Positions 1 through 12,958 of a stretch of 64,000 bases of DNA are shown piece by piece. The notes beneath the pieces are model-generated. The model saw nothing but the letters and a program-made list of their open reading frames with translations. It was not told the origin of the DNA and made no database searches. Each line of letters opens with the position of its first letter. Positions within the stretch are counted from its first letter, which is position 1. Position numbers and translations under genes: made by a program. The stretch spans positions 303,366,001 through 303,430,000 of the forward strand of contig OZ024742.1 of the NCBI GenBank assembly GCA_964016885.1, given 5' to 3'. Source of the DNA: Eledone cirrhosa. Lineage: Eukaryota.

Positions 1-50
<50 letters not shown>

Positions 51-103
51 TAAATAAAGTGATGCACAATTAAGTTCTAAATACCCTGGTATATTACAAA
101 TAA

Positions 104-283
104 TTGTTTCTACTTTTGGCACATGGCCAGCAATTACCCCAGTGCATTACAGGTGCTTTATTTTATCGACCCGGTAAGGATGAAAGACAAAGTTAACCTT
201 GGCTGGATTTGTACTCAGAACGTAAAAGCCCATAACTCTATGTCACAAAGTATGGTGTTTGACGCTCTACCGGTAATATTGCA
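104..283 (-). mobile_element. tRNA-headed Nin/Deu-domain SINE, diverged copy
   Basis: Reverse complement of the SINE seen at 17755, 22979 and 39875 (core TTTGCCTTTCATCCTTACGGGGTCGATAAAATAAAGTACCAG, 3' end GGCCTTGTGCCAAAAGTAGAAACAATT). Confidence 0.85.
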
Positions 284-1029
284 ACGTGCGTATTAAAGCA
301 TACATACAGTACTCTCCACAGATGTTATAATAAATATTTCGGCCTCATATATGATATGTACTTGAAGGAGGTTCCATATCATATTTGCTGAATATAATCG
401 AAACATTAACCTATTTTAATGATACTGACAGGTGTACTGTATTAGTTATCACCTCGATCCAATTTGCATTCCTCTGGCTGAAATACAATTAAATTAAACA
501 TTCCCATTTGGCAATGAACTAATATGCATTGAATTGTTGTATAAAATCTACATACACACTTCATCAATATTATCACCTTCATCTATTTCCACAATATATT
601 TGTCAATTTAATGTTGTAAAAAATCTTCATACACACGTAAATACTATCACCTTCATTTCTTTCCACAATATAATTGTCAATTTAAACATTGGGCAAGTCT
701 TATCACATCCTACATGTAACTAACATTATACAGCTCAACCCAGTCATTAAGATTATGTGGCATTAGTTGCATTATTCCGATAGTTTGACACGGGAAATGA
801 ATAAAATCAGAAAAAAAAATAGTTGATTGAATCTCCCATAATATAACACCGATTTTCTCAACTTTGCATCACTTCTAACACAAATTCCTATTTCCAACTA
901 TTCAGTGATTTGAGGAAAATTGAAGCAGAACCAATCCACCGACTAGAAGTACTATATCGATCAATATGAGCGCTAGCCAAACAATTGTATGGAAATGTGA
1001 TAATTATTCTAGTTATCTCACTTAGGAGA

Positions 1030-1190
1030 TGTTATTACATTTTTTGGTGTTTGGTCTTGCTGTTGTTATTGTTATTATTGGTGATGATTATTTTGTTGCC
1101 GATGTTATTGATGATGATGATGTTGTTCCTGTTACTATTATTGTCGTCGTTGTTATTGGTGATGTTTTCGCTACTGTTACTGTTGATATG
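1030..1190. repeat. Degenerate (GTT/GAT/ATT)n trinucleotide low-complexity tract
   Basis: Runs of gttatt, gatgat and gttgtt. The overlapping ORFs are low-complexity L/M/V/D artefacts. Confidence 0.8.
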
Positions 1191-2032
1191 ATTGCTTTAA
1201 TGGGGCTCAATGCAGTGGACGTTGCATTAAATATCATCTACTTTAACTTGGCCATATTGGTGAGCCCAATAAAGTACGTTGTTTCGTGTAAGCCTAGTCC
1301 AACATAGAATCAATTCTGTTCATCATTCATGTATAATCAGTTGTATGAAAAAAAATTATCTTCATGAAATGGACCGCCGTCGTTTTCAACAATGCATGTT
1401 TCAATTGTTCGTTCAACAGAATAGTTTATTCAAGAAATTAACATGTAAATGGCTAAGAATTTTGCAGATACATGTGCCCTTAACGTAGTTCACTTGCAGA
1501 TTGAGCATGGTGTTTTTCATAGATGACCTTTTTGAATCAAAGGTACACTCAATCCGACTTTCTTCCAAGTAGTTACCGTCTATCCAATATCACTAGAAAA
1601 GCTTGAATCAATTCGAGGCTATGGTAAATGCCACTTGGCGATGATGCCACCTAATAAGAGCGATCCCGGGACCTATTGACTGCAAAACTAACTTCTTATC
1701 AATACGGTCATGCAGCGTCTACTTTTACTCATAAAATGATATATCGGAAACCCAAATTATTTATCGGTCGCTTTGCTCAAGTTTCTGTATTTACATTCAT
1801 TACCATTATCATAACACCGAAATACGGTTCTTTCATGGCTGGAACGACATGGTTTCTAATTATACCAGTATTGCTTGCTATTTTTCTTTATCTACGTGAG
1901 CTTCTTCAGTCATTTTTCCATATTATTATAACGTCTATTATAACATCTATGTTGCTGTGTCCTTTTTCCCATACAACTAGTGTATCTATTTTATATCTAC
2001 CGACTTCATAGTTTGCTAATTTGTTGTGGAAC

Positions 2033-2036
<4 letters not shown>

Positions 2037-2122
<86 letters not shown>

Positions 2123-5100
2123 TCTCTCTCTTTCACTCTCTCTCTCCTTATTCATCACAACGTTTTTTGATAGAGGGGAGCAATGTAAATAGTGTGAGTG
2201 TGTGAGTGAGTTAGAGAGAGAGAGCGAGAGAGAGAGATAGAGATAGGGGGAGAGTGTAAGAAACAGACAGACTAAAAGAGAGGAAGTGTTACAGAGGGTG
2301 TGAGCGAGAGACACAGAATGAGAAAAAGACAGAAACACAGAATAAGAAGATGGCAGAAAGAAACACATAGAAAGCAAGTTACTATAGAAGTTAAAAGAGA
2401 GAAAGATAGGGGAGTGATAGAGAGAGAGGGAGAGAGGGAGAGAGAGAGGGGGTGAGAAGGAGAGGGAGAGAGACAATGTGCGTGTGTGCGTTTGCGTGAG
2501 TGTGTGAGTTTGCGTGCGTGTGCACGTTTGCATGAGTGTGTGCCTTTGTGTGCGTGTGTGTGTGCGTGCGTGCGTGCGGCGTTCCACAATCACCATGTAT
2601 TTCAATCACTCTTTTACTCATGCTTTCATTTAATCCCCATTTTAATTTTCAAAACACGTTCCAAGAAAAATGGCTCACTCTAGGTAGATGTAGATCATCA
2701 GTATTCTACAGAGAAGCAAAAAGGAGCACAGGTAACCAGAGCAAGGTCACTAGAGACCCCTGCACAACGACAGCAAAGACATGAAAACGACCGGAGGAGA
2801 GCTGCTGCACGCACGGCCAAGGGAAAAACAGTTAGAACAATTACGTCAACAAAATGCAATCCACAGGAGCCAAGAAACAAAAAAAAAGGAAAGAGAAAAA
2901 CGTTTAAAAGATGCAAGACAAAGACAAGCTGCCAGAGACAATAGATCAGCGAGAGATTAGATGAAGAAAAAATCAGGAGAAAATAGTTGCTGCAAGACTT
3001 CGCCAATCCTCAGAGGAAAGACGCAAGCGTCAAAATAGTGCAATTTTTGTAAACGAAAGAAATGGGAAAGAGAAACCACCACCACTATGTGTTGTGGTGG
3101 AGGAACTGTTGTTTTAGCGGCGTTTGGTACACCCCCAGGTACTTTGAAGTCATTGCTTTTGGGTAACACACCAAGTAGAATGCACTTCTTGGAAAACATT
3201 AGGAATTATAATTTGGCTTTCCAAATGACCGCTTTGGTAGCAATATTATAAGAGAAGGGAACATGAAGCTAACTTTTAAAGTTCAAGGTCAAGTATACCA
3301 TCGTATTGGATCTTTGTTGCCAACTGAAGGTAAAAATCCTCAGTTTTTACAGCTATATTTTGAAGCAAATTACAAGACGCAGCCTTTGCAACGATCATTT
3401 AACCAACCAAATTTGAAAGAAGAGTTAATCTTTGATCTGCAAGATATGTTGCATGCAAACAATAGCTACATCAGAAGCTTCAAGTATGCATTCAAATCTG
3501 CACCACCCACTGAATACAAGATAGTTATTGATGCAGATAAAACGCATGTTGCTGAACACAGAGACCACTACAATTCCCCTTCCACAAATGAAATAGCAAC
3601 AATTATTCCAGGCGACGTGTATGGGAAGAGAGATATTATTATTCAAGGAAGAGGAAATAAGATGCAACGGATAAATGCAACCCACCGATCATATGATGCG
3701 TTCCAGTATCCATTAATCTGTGTATTTTTGTTCAAGATGGATATCACTTTGGTATTAACAAAAAAAAAAACAGATGAGATCCTGCACTGACAAAAGCAGT
3801 AAGCTGCGTGGAATTCTATGCTTACCTTTTCATATTAAGAGAGCAAGACTTCAATATTCTTCATCGTTTACGTGAGCTCTTCTAGCAATTTGCAGTTGAT
3901 ATGTATGCAAAAATTGAAGGAGAGAGGCTTCTTTACATTAGAACACAGAAATATCTCCGTGCATCAGATTACATTCACCTGAGAGATGCAATCAGTAATG
4001 AAGGAGCATTGGCTGTTGCTAATATTGGACAGCTTTGCGTTATTCTTCCATCAAGCTTTACAGGAAGTCTACGTACCCAAGATGCACTTACTAGATGTCA
4101 GACACTATGGTCGTCCAGACCACTTCATTACATTCACTTGTAACCCAACATGCATGAAATAAAGAGTGAGCTTTATTATCATCGACAACCGAAAGATCGC
4201 CATGATATTATAGCTAGGGTGTTCAGACTTAAAGTCATAAAGCTGATGGATCTCCCAAAAGATGTGAAGTCTTTGGACCAGTCAAATGTGACATGTACAC
4301 AATTAAATGGCAAAAACGAGGATTGCCACATGCCAACATTTTGATTTGGTTACATGAAAAACTTCGGCCAAATGATATTGATGTATTTATCTCAGCTGAA
4401 CTGCCTAATCCACAGCAAGATCGTTTGCTACATGAAATTGTCAAGTCCCAGCTGATTCATGGGCTCTGTGGTCCAATTAATCCATCCTTCCCATGCATGA
4501 GGGATAATAAGTGTACCAAGACCTACCCACGTCTCTTTGTACAAAAAATCCAAACTGGAGACGGTGGCTACCCCTTTTACAGGAGAAGAAAACCTGGGCA
4601 TGCTGGATTCACTTTAAAAAAAAAAGAAAAGAAAAATCGGCAAGAATTCCTCATTGACAATCAGTGGGTTGTACCCTACTGTCCACTTCTTACAAAAACT
4701 TTCAAAGCCCATATCAATGTTGAATTCTGCAATTCTGTTAAGTCTATTAAGTATGTTTGAAAATATATTAACAAAGGTCTAGATGCTGCAACATACACTC
4801 TTATGCAGAATGGCAGTTAGCAGATAAATAAAAATGACGAAGTTGCACAGTATGAGAGAGGAAGATACATCAGTAGCAATGAGGCTTTTTGGTGCATCTT
4901 CAATTTTTCCATTTTATGAGAGGCACCCAGCCATCATTCATCTGAGTGTCCATCTAGAGAATGGCGAAAGGGTTATCTTTACAAAACAAACAGCCTTGCA
5001 ACAAGCACTTTCTCCAAAAGAAACTACCCTTACTGCCTTTTTAAAGTTGTGTCAAGAAGATGAAGACGCAAGAAAACTGCTTTACCTAGAATTACCCAAT

Positions 5101-7292
5101 AATTACACCTGGAGAAACAATAAATGGCACAAGAGGAAACGTGGGGCTGATGCTCTTGCAAGAATTTACATTGTCCACCCATGCCAAGCAGAATGCTACT
5201 ACTTACGGTTCCTTTTGCATGAAGTACGTGGTCCCAAATTATTCCAAGATTTGAGGAGGGTAAATGCTTATGTGTATGATACGTATAGGGAAGTATGCTA
5301 TCAACAAGGCTTTTTAGAAAATGATGAGCATTGAGACCTTGCATTGACTGAAGTATCCATGTCAGATTCTCCAATGAAACATCGTAACCATTTTGCAATT
5401 ATGCTGAACATGTGTCAACTTGGTAGTCCTCTACAGTTTTGGATGAAACATCGTGAGGACATGGCTGAAGACTTAAAATGTGCAGTCCAACAGGCAAACG
5501 CAGATATCAATATTCAGTTCTCTGAAAAGAATTTTAGCCAAGCACTGATTGAAATTGAGGATCAAGTTTTGGCCATGGGAGGCAAACATTTGCTAGAGTC
5601 TGGCTCTGAGCTGCCAAACACAAACCGTCAAATTAACGATTTAACTTCAAGAGACATAGAAAGAGAGACAAATAATGACATCAGAGAGTTGGCTGCATTT
5701 ATGAATGAACATGAACCTAAACTTCTTCCAGAACAACGCTGTGCATATGATAAAGTTATTTCGTCAGTCAGAGAAAAAAAGTGGAGGAATTTTCTTTCTT
5801 GATGCTCCTGGTGGCACAGGTAAAACATTTGTAACAACATTGCTTCTTTCCAAGGTAAGGCGGCAACAAAAAGAATTGCAGTTGCTGTAGCAACGTCTCG
5901 CATTGCTGCCACCCTTCTCTCAGGAGGACGAACATCTCATTCTGCTTTTAAATTACCGCTAAACTTGGTCACACATGACAGTCCAATTTGTAACATAAGC
6001 AAAGGTTCAGGTTCAGCAGAAGTGTTGCGCCAATGCTATTTGATCATTTCGGATGAATGCACCATGTCACATAGAGGTGCAATGGAAGCTCTTGATAAGA
6101 CCTTACAGGACATAAGAGGCAACAATAAATCTATGGAAGGAGTTACATTAGTTTTATCAGGAGACTTCAGACAGGCATTACCAGTTATTCCGAGAGGAAC
6201 AAGAGCTGATGAAATAAAGGCATGTATTAAGTCTTCGCACCTATGGAATAAAGTACATACTAACATGCGAGCTTTATTAAATGGGGACCAATGTGCACAA
6301 TAGTTTTCAATTAGGAAATAGGAAAGTACCAATTGAGGGGAATGGTGATATCAATTTAGCTCATATTGCTATCATGGTGAATTCCCCAGCTGAATTGAAG
6401 AAGAGGGTATTTCCAGACTTATGTAATAATTATAATTCACATAAGTGGTAGTTTTGAAGGGCAATTCGTGCTCCAAAAATGACACAGCAGCAAAGATTAA
6501 CCATGAATTAATGAATAAGATTTCAACAGCCATTAAGGATTACAAATCAGTTGATTCTTTCCTTGATGATCAAAATCAAGCTGTCCACTACCCAACAGAG
6601 TTCCTTAATTCTCTTGAGCCACCTGGAGCTCGTCGAATATACATTTGTTCTGAAGGTAGGAGTCCCAATAATGCTTCTAAGAAATTTAGTTCCTCCTAAA
6701 TTATGCAATGGGAGAAGGTTGATTTGAAGACATTATCACTGAATGTGATAGAAGCTACCATCATCACTGGCTGTGCTTCTGGGGAAGAGGTTTTGATTCC
6801 AAGAATCCCAATCAAACCAATAGACATGCCACTTGAGTTCAAACGAACACAATTCCCAGTGCGACTTTGATTCGCAATGTCTATTAAGGCACAAGGTCAG
6901 ACTTTGAAATCAAGGCTTAATTGAGCCTTGCCTTTCTCATGGTCAACTTTATGTTGGTTACTCCAGGGTGGGTAGTTTACAAGACTTATTCGTCTATCCT
7001 CCAAACCAGAAAACAAAGAATGTTGTTCACCCCGAAGCTCTTACGTAATTTCCTTCATCATATGTGATAGAATTTATCTCCCTCCATAAAAGTGGTAAAT
7101 TTTGTATTTTCGTTTTTTATTATTATTAATATTCTTTTTGTATTATGAATTCAGGATTGATTTCATCATGTAAGCCAATTGAAGAATAAATTGAATTTAG
7201 AATAACAAATTTCTATACAACATATTTTGCTTTTTTCTTCTAATATATAAGGAACAATTTCATTCCCGGGAAACACCGGGTGCCTCTGCTAG
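2037..7292 (+). mobile_element. Helitron (rolling-circle transposon), decayed autonomous copy
   Basis: The 3' end has hairpin CCCGG-GAAACA-CCGGG (7265-7280) followed by CTAG|T (7289-7292). The internal region encodes Rep/helicase. The 5' end at A|TC (2037, start of the (TC)n tract) is inferred and less certain. Confidence 0.85.
3040..7048 (+). pseudogene. Helitron RepHel (HUH Rep + PIF1-family SF1 helicase), many stops and frameshifts
   Basis: Zn-finger CNFC..KW..E....CC; FLENIRNYN.AFQM; FKVQGQVYHRIGSL; HRSYDAFQYPL; Rep motif WQKRGLPHANILIW; HINVEFCNSVKSIKYV; helicase DAPGGTGKTF, DECTM, SGDFRQALPV, RTQFPVRL, FSHGQLYVGYSRV. Ends KNVVHPEALT*. Confidence 0.93.
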
Positions 7293-7607
7293 TTGGGTAT
7301 ATGATAGAGAGTGAGTTGGAATCATATTTTTATCAATTTAAATTTCCGTATAGAGCTAATAAGCCATAATAATCTGGGAGAGGCAACCAATATCCCTTAT
7401 AATTAGAAACAATGGTAGAGAGGCAGAGAAAGAAACAGGAAGGAAAAATAGAAGGAAAAATAAAGAAAGGAATAATATATATATATTAAGTAAAAGAACA
7501 TATAAAAAACAAGTAAAAGACAGAGATAGTTATATCTTTGAGAATAACATAAATATATATTAGAATTATAATATTGACAGACATTCCCACAAAGAAAGTG
7601 TATAGGG

Positions 7608-7662
<55 letters not shown>

Positions 7663-7782
7663 TATAAATATACATATATATATATGTGTGTGTGTTTGTA
7701 TGTTTATACTTATGAACGCATAAAACAGGAAACATACACACACAAACATGTATTTATACACAGACACAGAGACACGCACACA

Positions 7783-7818
<36 letters not shown>

Positions 7819-7849
7819 TATATATATATATGTGTGTGTCTGTGTATAG

Positions 7850-7951
<102 letters not shown>

Positions 7952-9018
7952 ATAATATGTATATATACATATATATATATATACATACATATAACTTTTA
8001 CGTATAGTTTATGTGTAATTTTGTCAGTACGTGTACACAGGTAGGAATATAAATGTAATTATTCATATTCCTCTATGTGTCACACGTGTAAATATATTTG
8101 CATTTATGTATAAATTATCTGAGTGTATGTGTGTATGCTTGTATAGACGTATGTATGTATGTATGTTTGAAACATGTGTTTGTGTGTATATGTCTGAAAA
8201 CAGGATTGTGTGTGTGTATGTCTGCCTAGGATCCGGCGCATGCGTGCATATTATATGTGTGCGTGTCTGTTACTGTGAAATAGCAGTCATTTATAGGTGG
8301 ATACATTACGTGACATTTATAGTCTTATTCCCATAGCCCATTCGTAACAGTTTTTATTCACATACCATTTTTCTTATTGATGACATATTTGAACAGAAAT
8401 AAAGGCGAACTTTACGAGAATGACATGTCGTAAAGCTTTTAACTTTACAGCTTGTATCAGGAGGGCGAACGTTAGCTGTGATCGCCAATTCTCTGTTTGT
8501 CTCATACTTTCAACGTGTGGAAAATGTAGAAGTGTACCTATCTGTCGTGATTGTCCTATTCAGTTCTTACAGTTTATTATATGTGTTTGTGATAAGAAAA
8601 GTTTGAGAATTTAACCCTAACGTTTAAATATTGCTCAAGAAATATACTTAATTCTGTGGTTCTATGATGTTCTAACGAATTCGCGCTACATCATTTGTGT
8701 AAAAGTTGCAATTCATGAATTTGACCAATTTTGCTGTGTTCTTTAAATAATCTGTCAGTAAAAACGCCTCTTGGTCATATTGTTTTCATATCGGGTCACT
8801 ATGAAATGATTCTCTCGAGTCAGTTCCAAAAAATTACGCTTTTCTTGAGCAATATTTATTTTTATACTTGCCTACATTATGCACACACGTACACAAACAC
8901 ACGTACACACATATACACACGTACACACACGTACACACACACACACGTACACACACACGTACAGACACGCACGCATGCATATATACAGGCATACACGCAT
9001 ATACACAGCCCCTATCCC

Positions 9019-9110
<92 letters not shown>

Positions 9111-9200
9111 CGTATCTCCAAGGAAATACGGTTTTACGAAGCTGTAGCTATGCAAACACCAGGGGCTAACGCCCTCTGGTGATGTCCAGCAGAAGCAAGG

Positions 9201-9252
9201 GGGACAACATCTATGCATTTCAGGCTTAACTGGCCTTCGTCAGGACGGTCCC
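9201..9252 (-). ncRNA. Minimal type-I hammerhead ribozyme
   Basis: Minus strand: gggacCGTC CTGACGA AGGC cagttaa GCCT GAAA TGCA TA GATGttgtccc. Stem I is CGTC/GATG plus distal GGGAC/GTCCC. Stem III is the palindrome ATGCAT. Confidence 0.8.
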
Positions 9253-9390
9253 TCCCACCGCTTGCGACTACTGGCCTAGAGGACAGGCGAGTTGAGCCAA
9301 CTTATGCAGCTTCATATGAGATTAATCACCTCATTTACACACACGAGAAAAGTATATTGTCTTCTAGTCCAGCAGTCGCAAGCGGTGGGA

Positions 9391-9443
9391 GGGACTGTGC
9401 TGACGAAGGCCAGTTAAGCCTGAAATGCATAGACTGTTGTCCC
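9391..9443 (+). ncRNA. Minimal type-I hammerhead ribozyme (mirror copy)
   Basis: gggactgtg CTGACGA AGGC cagttaa GCCT GAAA TGCA TA gactgttgtccc. The core is intact but proximal stem I is mutated. Confidence 0.7.
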
Positions 9444-10352
9444 CCTTGCTTCTGCTGGACATCACCAGAGGGCGTTAGCCCCCCCCCCCCGGGTGTTTGC
9501 ATAGCTACGGCTTCCTAAAACCGTATTTCCTTGGAGATACGAAATATTTATACATATTGTATAAAGCTATGCTTGAAGCGAAATCCTATTTCTTTTATAT
9601 ATATATATATATATATCTTTATATATACGTATAAATATGGAAATTTGTTAAGATTTTAAAGGTTACAAGAAATTCTACAATATAAATTAAATTTATTGAA
9701 TTATACATACGAAATAATTATAAATGCCAGTTTCCTACGACATTCATTTAAGTTGAAATAATTAAGTTTCTACTTATATATTTTTCAGCGTTATACCCTT
9801 CAGTTTCGTTCCTACTATGCTTAAATGTTAGATTGAAACGGCACAGTAGCCAGGCATAATTTCCTTCTTGTTTAACACAGCCCAATGAGGAGTTAGATTT
9901 TAAATTTTCATGAAAGCATATCTTTACAAATTTTACTTAATTTCTAGGTTATTGAAACGCATGATGCAAACTAAAGATTTTATGTCATTGCAATATAAAA
10001 AGAGACAATAAACGGGACTGAATATTTATTTTCTCGTGATATAAGAGGGGAATTAGAATTAATTTAGAAAGATATTTTATGGAAGAAAGGTATAGTTACT
10101 TGAGGGCGTTTCAATAGTAAATATGTATAGTGTGTCAGAAGAAAGGAAGAAAGAGAGAGAGAGAGAGAGCAATAGAACCAGAAATACTATCTGAGGCTGT
10201 TATTCCAGTAACACCAGTTGCCAATTATCCGATACAGAATTCGCATTTAATTTAATCCCAGAATGGATATTTTAATCTCAGGATTTAAATATTGGGATAT
10301 ATTTTCTACTACATATACCCATATCCACATATAGAGAAATATCATTTATAAT

Positions 10353-10527
10353 GTGGATTGACAGTATCAGTAGAGCGTCAGACACCATGATTTGCAACAT
10401 TGAGTTATGGCCCTTTACGTTCTGAGTTCAAATCACGCCGAGGTTAACTTTGCCTTACGGGGTCAATAAAATAAGGCACCAGCAATGCACTGGGGTAATT
10501 GCTGGCCTTGTGCCAAATGGTAGAATC
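10353..10527 (+). mobile_element. Nin/Deu-domain SINE copy
   Basis: A-box-like TGACAGTATCAG, B box GAGTTCAAATC, Nin core with a small deletion, 3' GGCCTTGTGCCAAA. Confidence 0.85.
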
Positions 10528-11021
10528 AAGCAATAATTATTTGAATCTGAATACCTGTCTTCTATATTGATGTCAATTTACCTCGCACTTATTTTTCCGT
10601 CTGAATTTACCTACGAATGGCTACTGATCTTGTATCTTGTACCTGATATTTATATTAAAATCATTAATAATTCATCTATCAGCGAAGTAATTTGTTGATG
10701 TTATTAATATGAAAATTGTTTATTCCAATTTACTTTCGTAAACATATGATGCAGCTGCACAATATATAACAAGCTGACGTTTGTCAATTACGTGCTTATA
10801 ATGTTAATATATTTTTGAAGCGGAAGAAATACAAAAGTGATTACTATAAGCATTCTTTTAGATTAATTTCCTCATGTTTAATGGTTATTATAACTTAGTA
10901 AATATGTTCAGATTACCTTTTTTGATGAGATCGATATTGGAATATTTATTTTATAGGAGTAACATTGATATTTATGCATTTATGCATATATATTTTAAAA
11001 TGTATATACATAAATATATAC

Positions 11022-11093
<72 letters not shown>

Positions 11094-11176
11094 ATAATAA
11101 TAAATTTGAAGACTAAAATCCAAAGAGGGCTCGATAAGGATAAATATATATCAAATATATAAGAACCGTAGAGCAA

Positions 11177-11462
11177 ATATTTATTAAAATAACAGATTAA
11201 AGTTTAAGCTAAGAATCGGTGCTTTCACCCTTAACGGCATCTTCTGAAACTAACAAAGTCAATCTGTAAACGCCATCTGTTCTTTGCCAGGGTACGTTTC
11301 CACGAACCAAAGTATCGTCTTCCTGTCTTCCTCCGGTTGCAACGTTTTTTGAAATATCCACTTCTGCGTTTACAGATTGACTTTGTTAGTTTCAGAAGAT
11401 CCCGTTAAGGGTGAAAGCAGCGATTCTTTGCTTAAACTTTAATCTGTTATTTTAATAAATAT
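11177..11462. repeat. Fold-back element, ~97-bp inverted arms (11177-11273 / 11366-11462), adjacent to (TA)n
   Basis: The arms are reverse complements with ~3 mismatches around a ~92-bp spacer. Confidence 0.88.
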
Positions 11463-11472
11463 ATATATATAT

Positions 11473-11633
11473 AGGAACAAGTAAGACCAGAATTCTGGTC
11501 CAGAATTAGCCGTCGAAACGGCTTGAGCTCAGCCGTCGGGGTCTTACTTGTTCCTATTACCCACTCTACTACCCTAAGTATTGAGTACTTTGGGGCGTTA
11601 TGGTCCACCTGGTTCCTTACCACATTTCCTTCG
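11473..11633 (+). mobile_element. Short hairpin-type dispersed repeat embedded in (TA)n (relatives at 20400-20460 and 21490-21680)
   Basis: AGGAACAAGTAAGACC...GGTCTTACTTGTTCCT inverted ends. TAGCCGTCGAAACGGCTTGAGCTC and CTACTACCCYAAGTA are shared with the other copies. Confidence 0.65.
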
Positions 11634-11675
<42 letters not shown>

Positions 11676-11719
11676 AAGTTAAATAAAAGTCAAATGATTA
11701 AAATTTAGCTTCGTTTATT

Positions 11720-11774
11720 ACTGCTATATATATTTCAGTGACAGCCATCTTTGGCTGTGACCTCTTCAGGCAGT
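11720..11774 (-). ncRNA. Minimal type-I hammerhead ribozyme
   Basis: Minus strand: ACTGC CTGAAGA GGTcACAGCC aaagat GGCTGTcACT GAAA TATATA TA GCAGT, then AATAAA. 5-bp stem I, long stem II, palindromic stem III. Confidence 0.82.
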
Positions 11775-11898
11775 TTGAATTAGTATGGTATAGACAAGTA
11801 CATATGTTGTTTAGGTGTATGATATTGTCAATACTCTGATATGCCCAGTTCCTTGTTGGGTTGTTAATTCACTGGGGAACTGGAGTCAGAACTAAACT

Positions 11899-11994
<96 letters not shown>

Positions 11995-12958
11995 ATATAT
12001 ATATATATAAAGTATAAACATATATACTTATAGATATAAACATGTATGTATATATATGTGTGTGTGTGTGTGTGTGTGCGTGTAGAAAATCTCGAACTCA
12101 GGAAAATAGGTGTAAATGCAATTTTGAAAATCAGGTAATATATACCTAAAGATGGAATAATTGGACAGCAGCCGCTACAGTCATTTGAATTCCGTACCCC
12201 TCAAATCTTCACCATTGAGTTAAACGACGCCGAAGTTATAAATAAGGATATATATCAGTGTTTCAATGTAACAACACTTTGTAAAGTAAATACTATAAAC
12301 ATTGGAGCGTCGATTTTTGTAAGCTCTGTTCACAGAACAGTTGTGGTCAGAAGAATTCTATTTCATTTATGTATATACCCGTGTAAACATTTAGTTACAA
12401 GCAAAATGCTTTATAAAAAATTACATCATACCACCCACCTTTTTGATAATGTTAATTTTGTTGAAAATTACATAATCTCACAAACATCTCGTTATTACTA
12501 CGTTAGCTCAGGTTATTCAGTATCAAATATTTTAGTTTACTACGTTAGCTCAGGTTATTCAGTATCAAATATATTAGTTTATACTCAGGTATAGCACATC
12601 TTATCTTATTAACATATTTTCAGCAGAATTTTGTCGATTATATTTAGTTGCAAATTAACGTTTACTGAGAGTGAGATTTTTTTAAAGATCTTTGGAAGAA
12701 TAGCATTACATTTCCATCATTTCAGTGTTGACATCATATTCGGGTCAACGCAGAAACCTGAATTTGCAATACTAGCAAAATAAATCCCTTTCAAATCAAA
12801 ACGTACTGCCTTAAAAGTAAGAATGTTTTAGGTAATGTAGCCCTAGATAATATATTTCTGAAATCAGGTCTGGATAGCCAAGGCTACATGTATTACAAAA
12901 ACTCCTGGTTTGTTACTTTTGGATTGCCACTGGTATTATAATTTCATTATTATTATTA

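Larger units (their letters stand above)
9108..9544. mobile_element. Fold-back (inverted repeat) element in (TA)n: ~180-bp arms (9108-9285 / 9358-9544), one hammerhead per arm
   Basis: The arms are reverse complements with few mismatches around a ~72-bp spacer. The left flank is a long (TA)n. Confidence 0.9.

Noticed and set aside
430-1530. Minus-strand Cys-containing or fibrinogen-like peptide hints (CIVENDGG, FYVGLGLHETT)
   Set aside because: Multiple stops and no coherent domain by eye. It would need a translated profile search.
12497-12590. 42-bp direct repeat (also short duplications at ~560-690, ~29020-29065 and ~51228-51390) as CRISPR-like
   Set aside because: These are two-copy tandem duplications without spacers in eukaryotic DNA.
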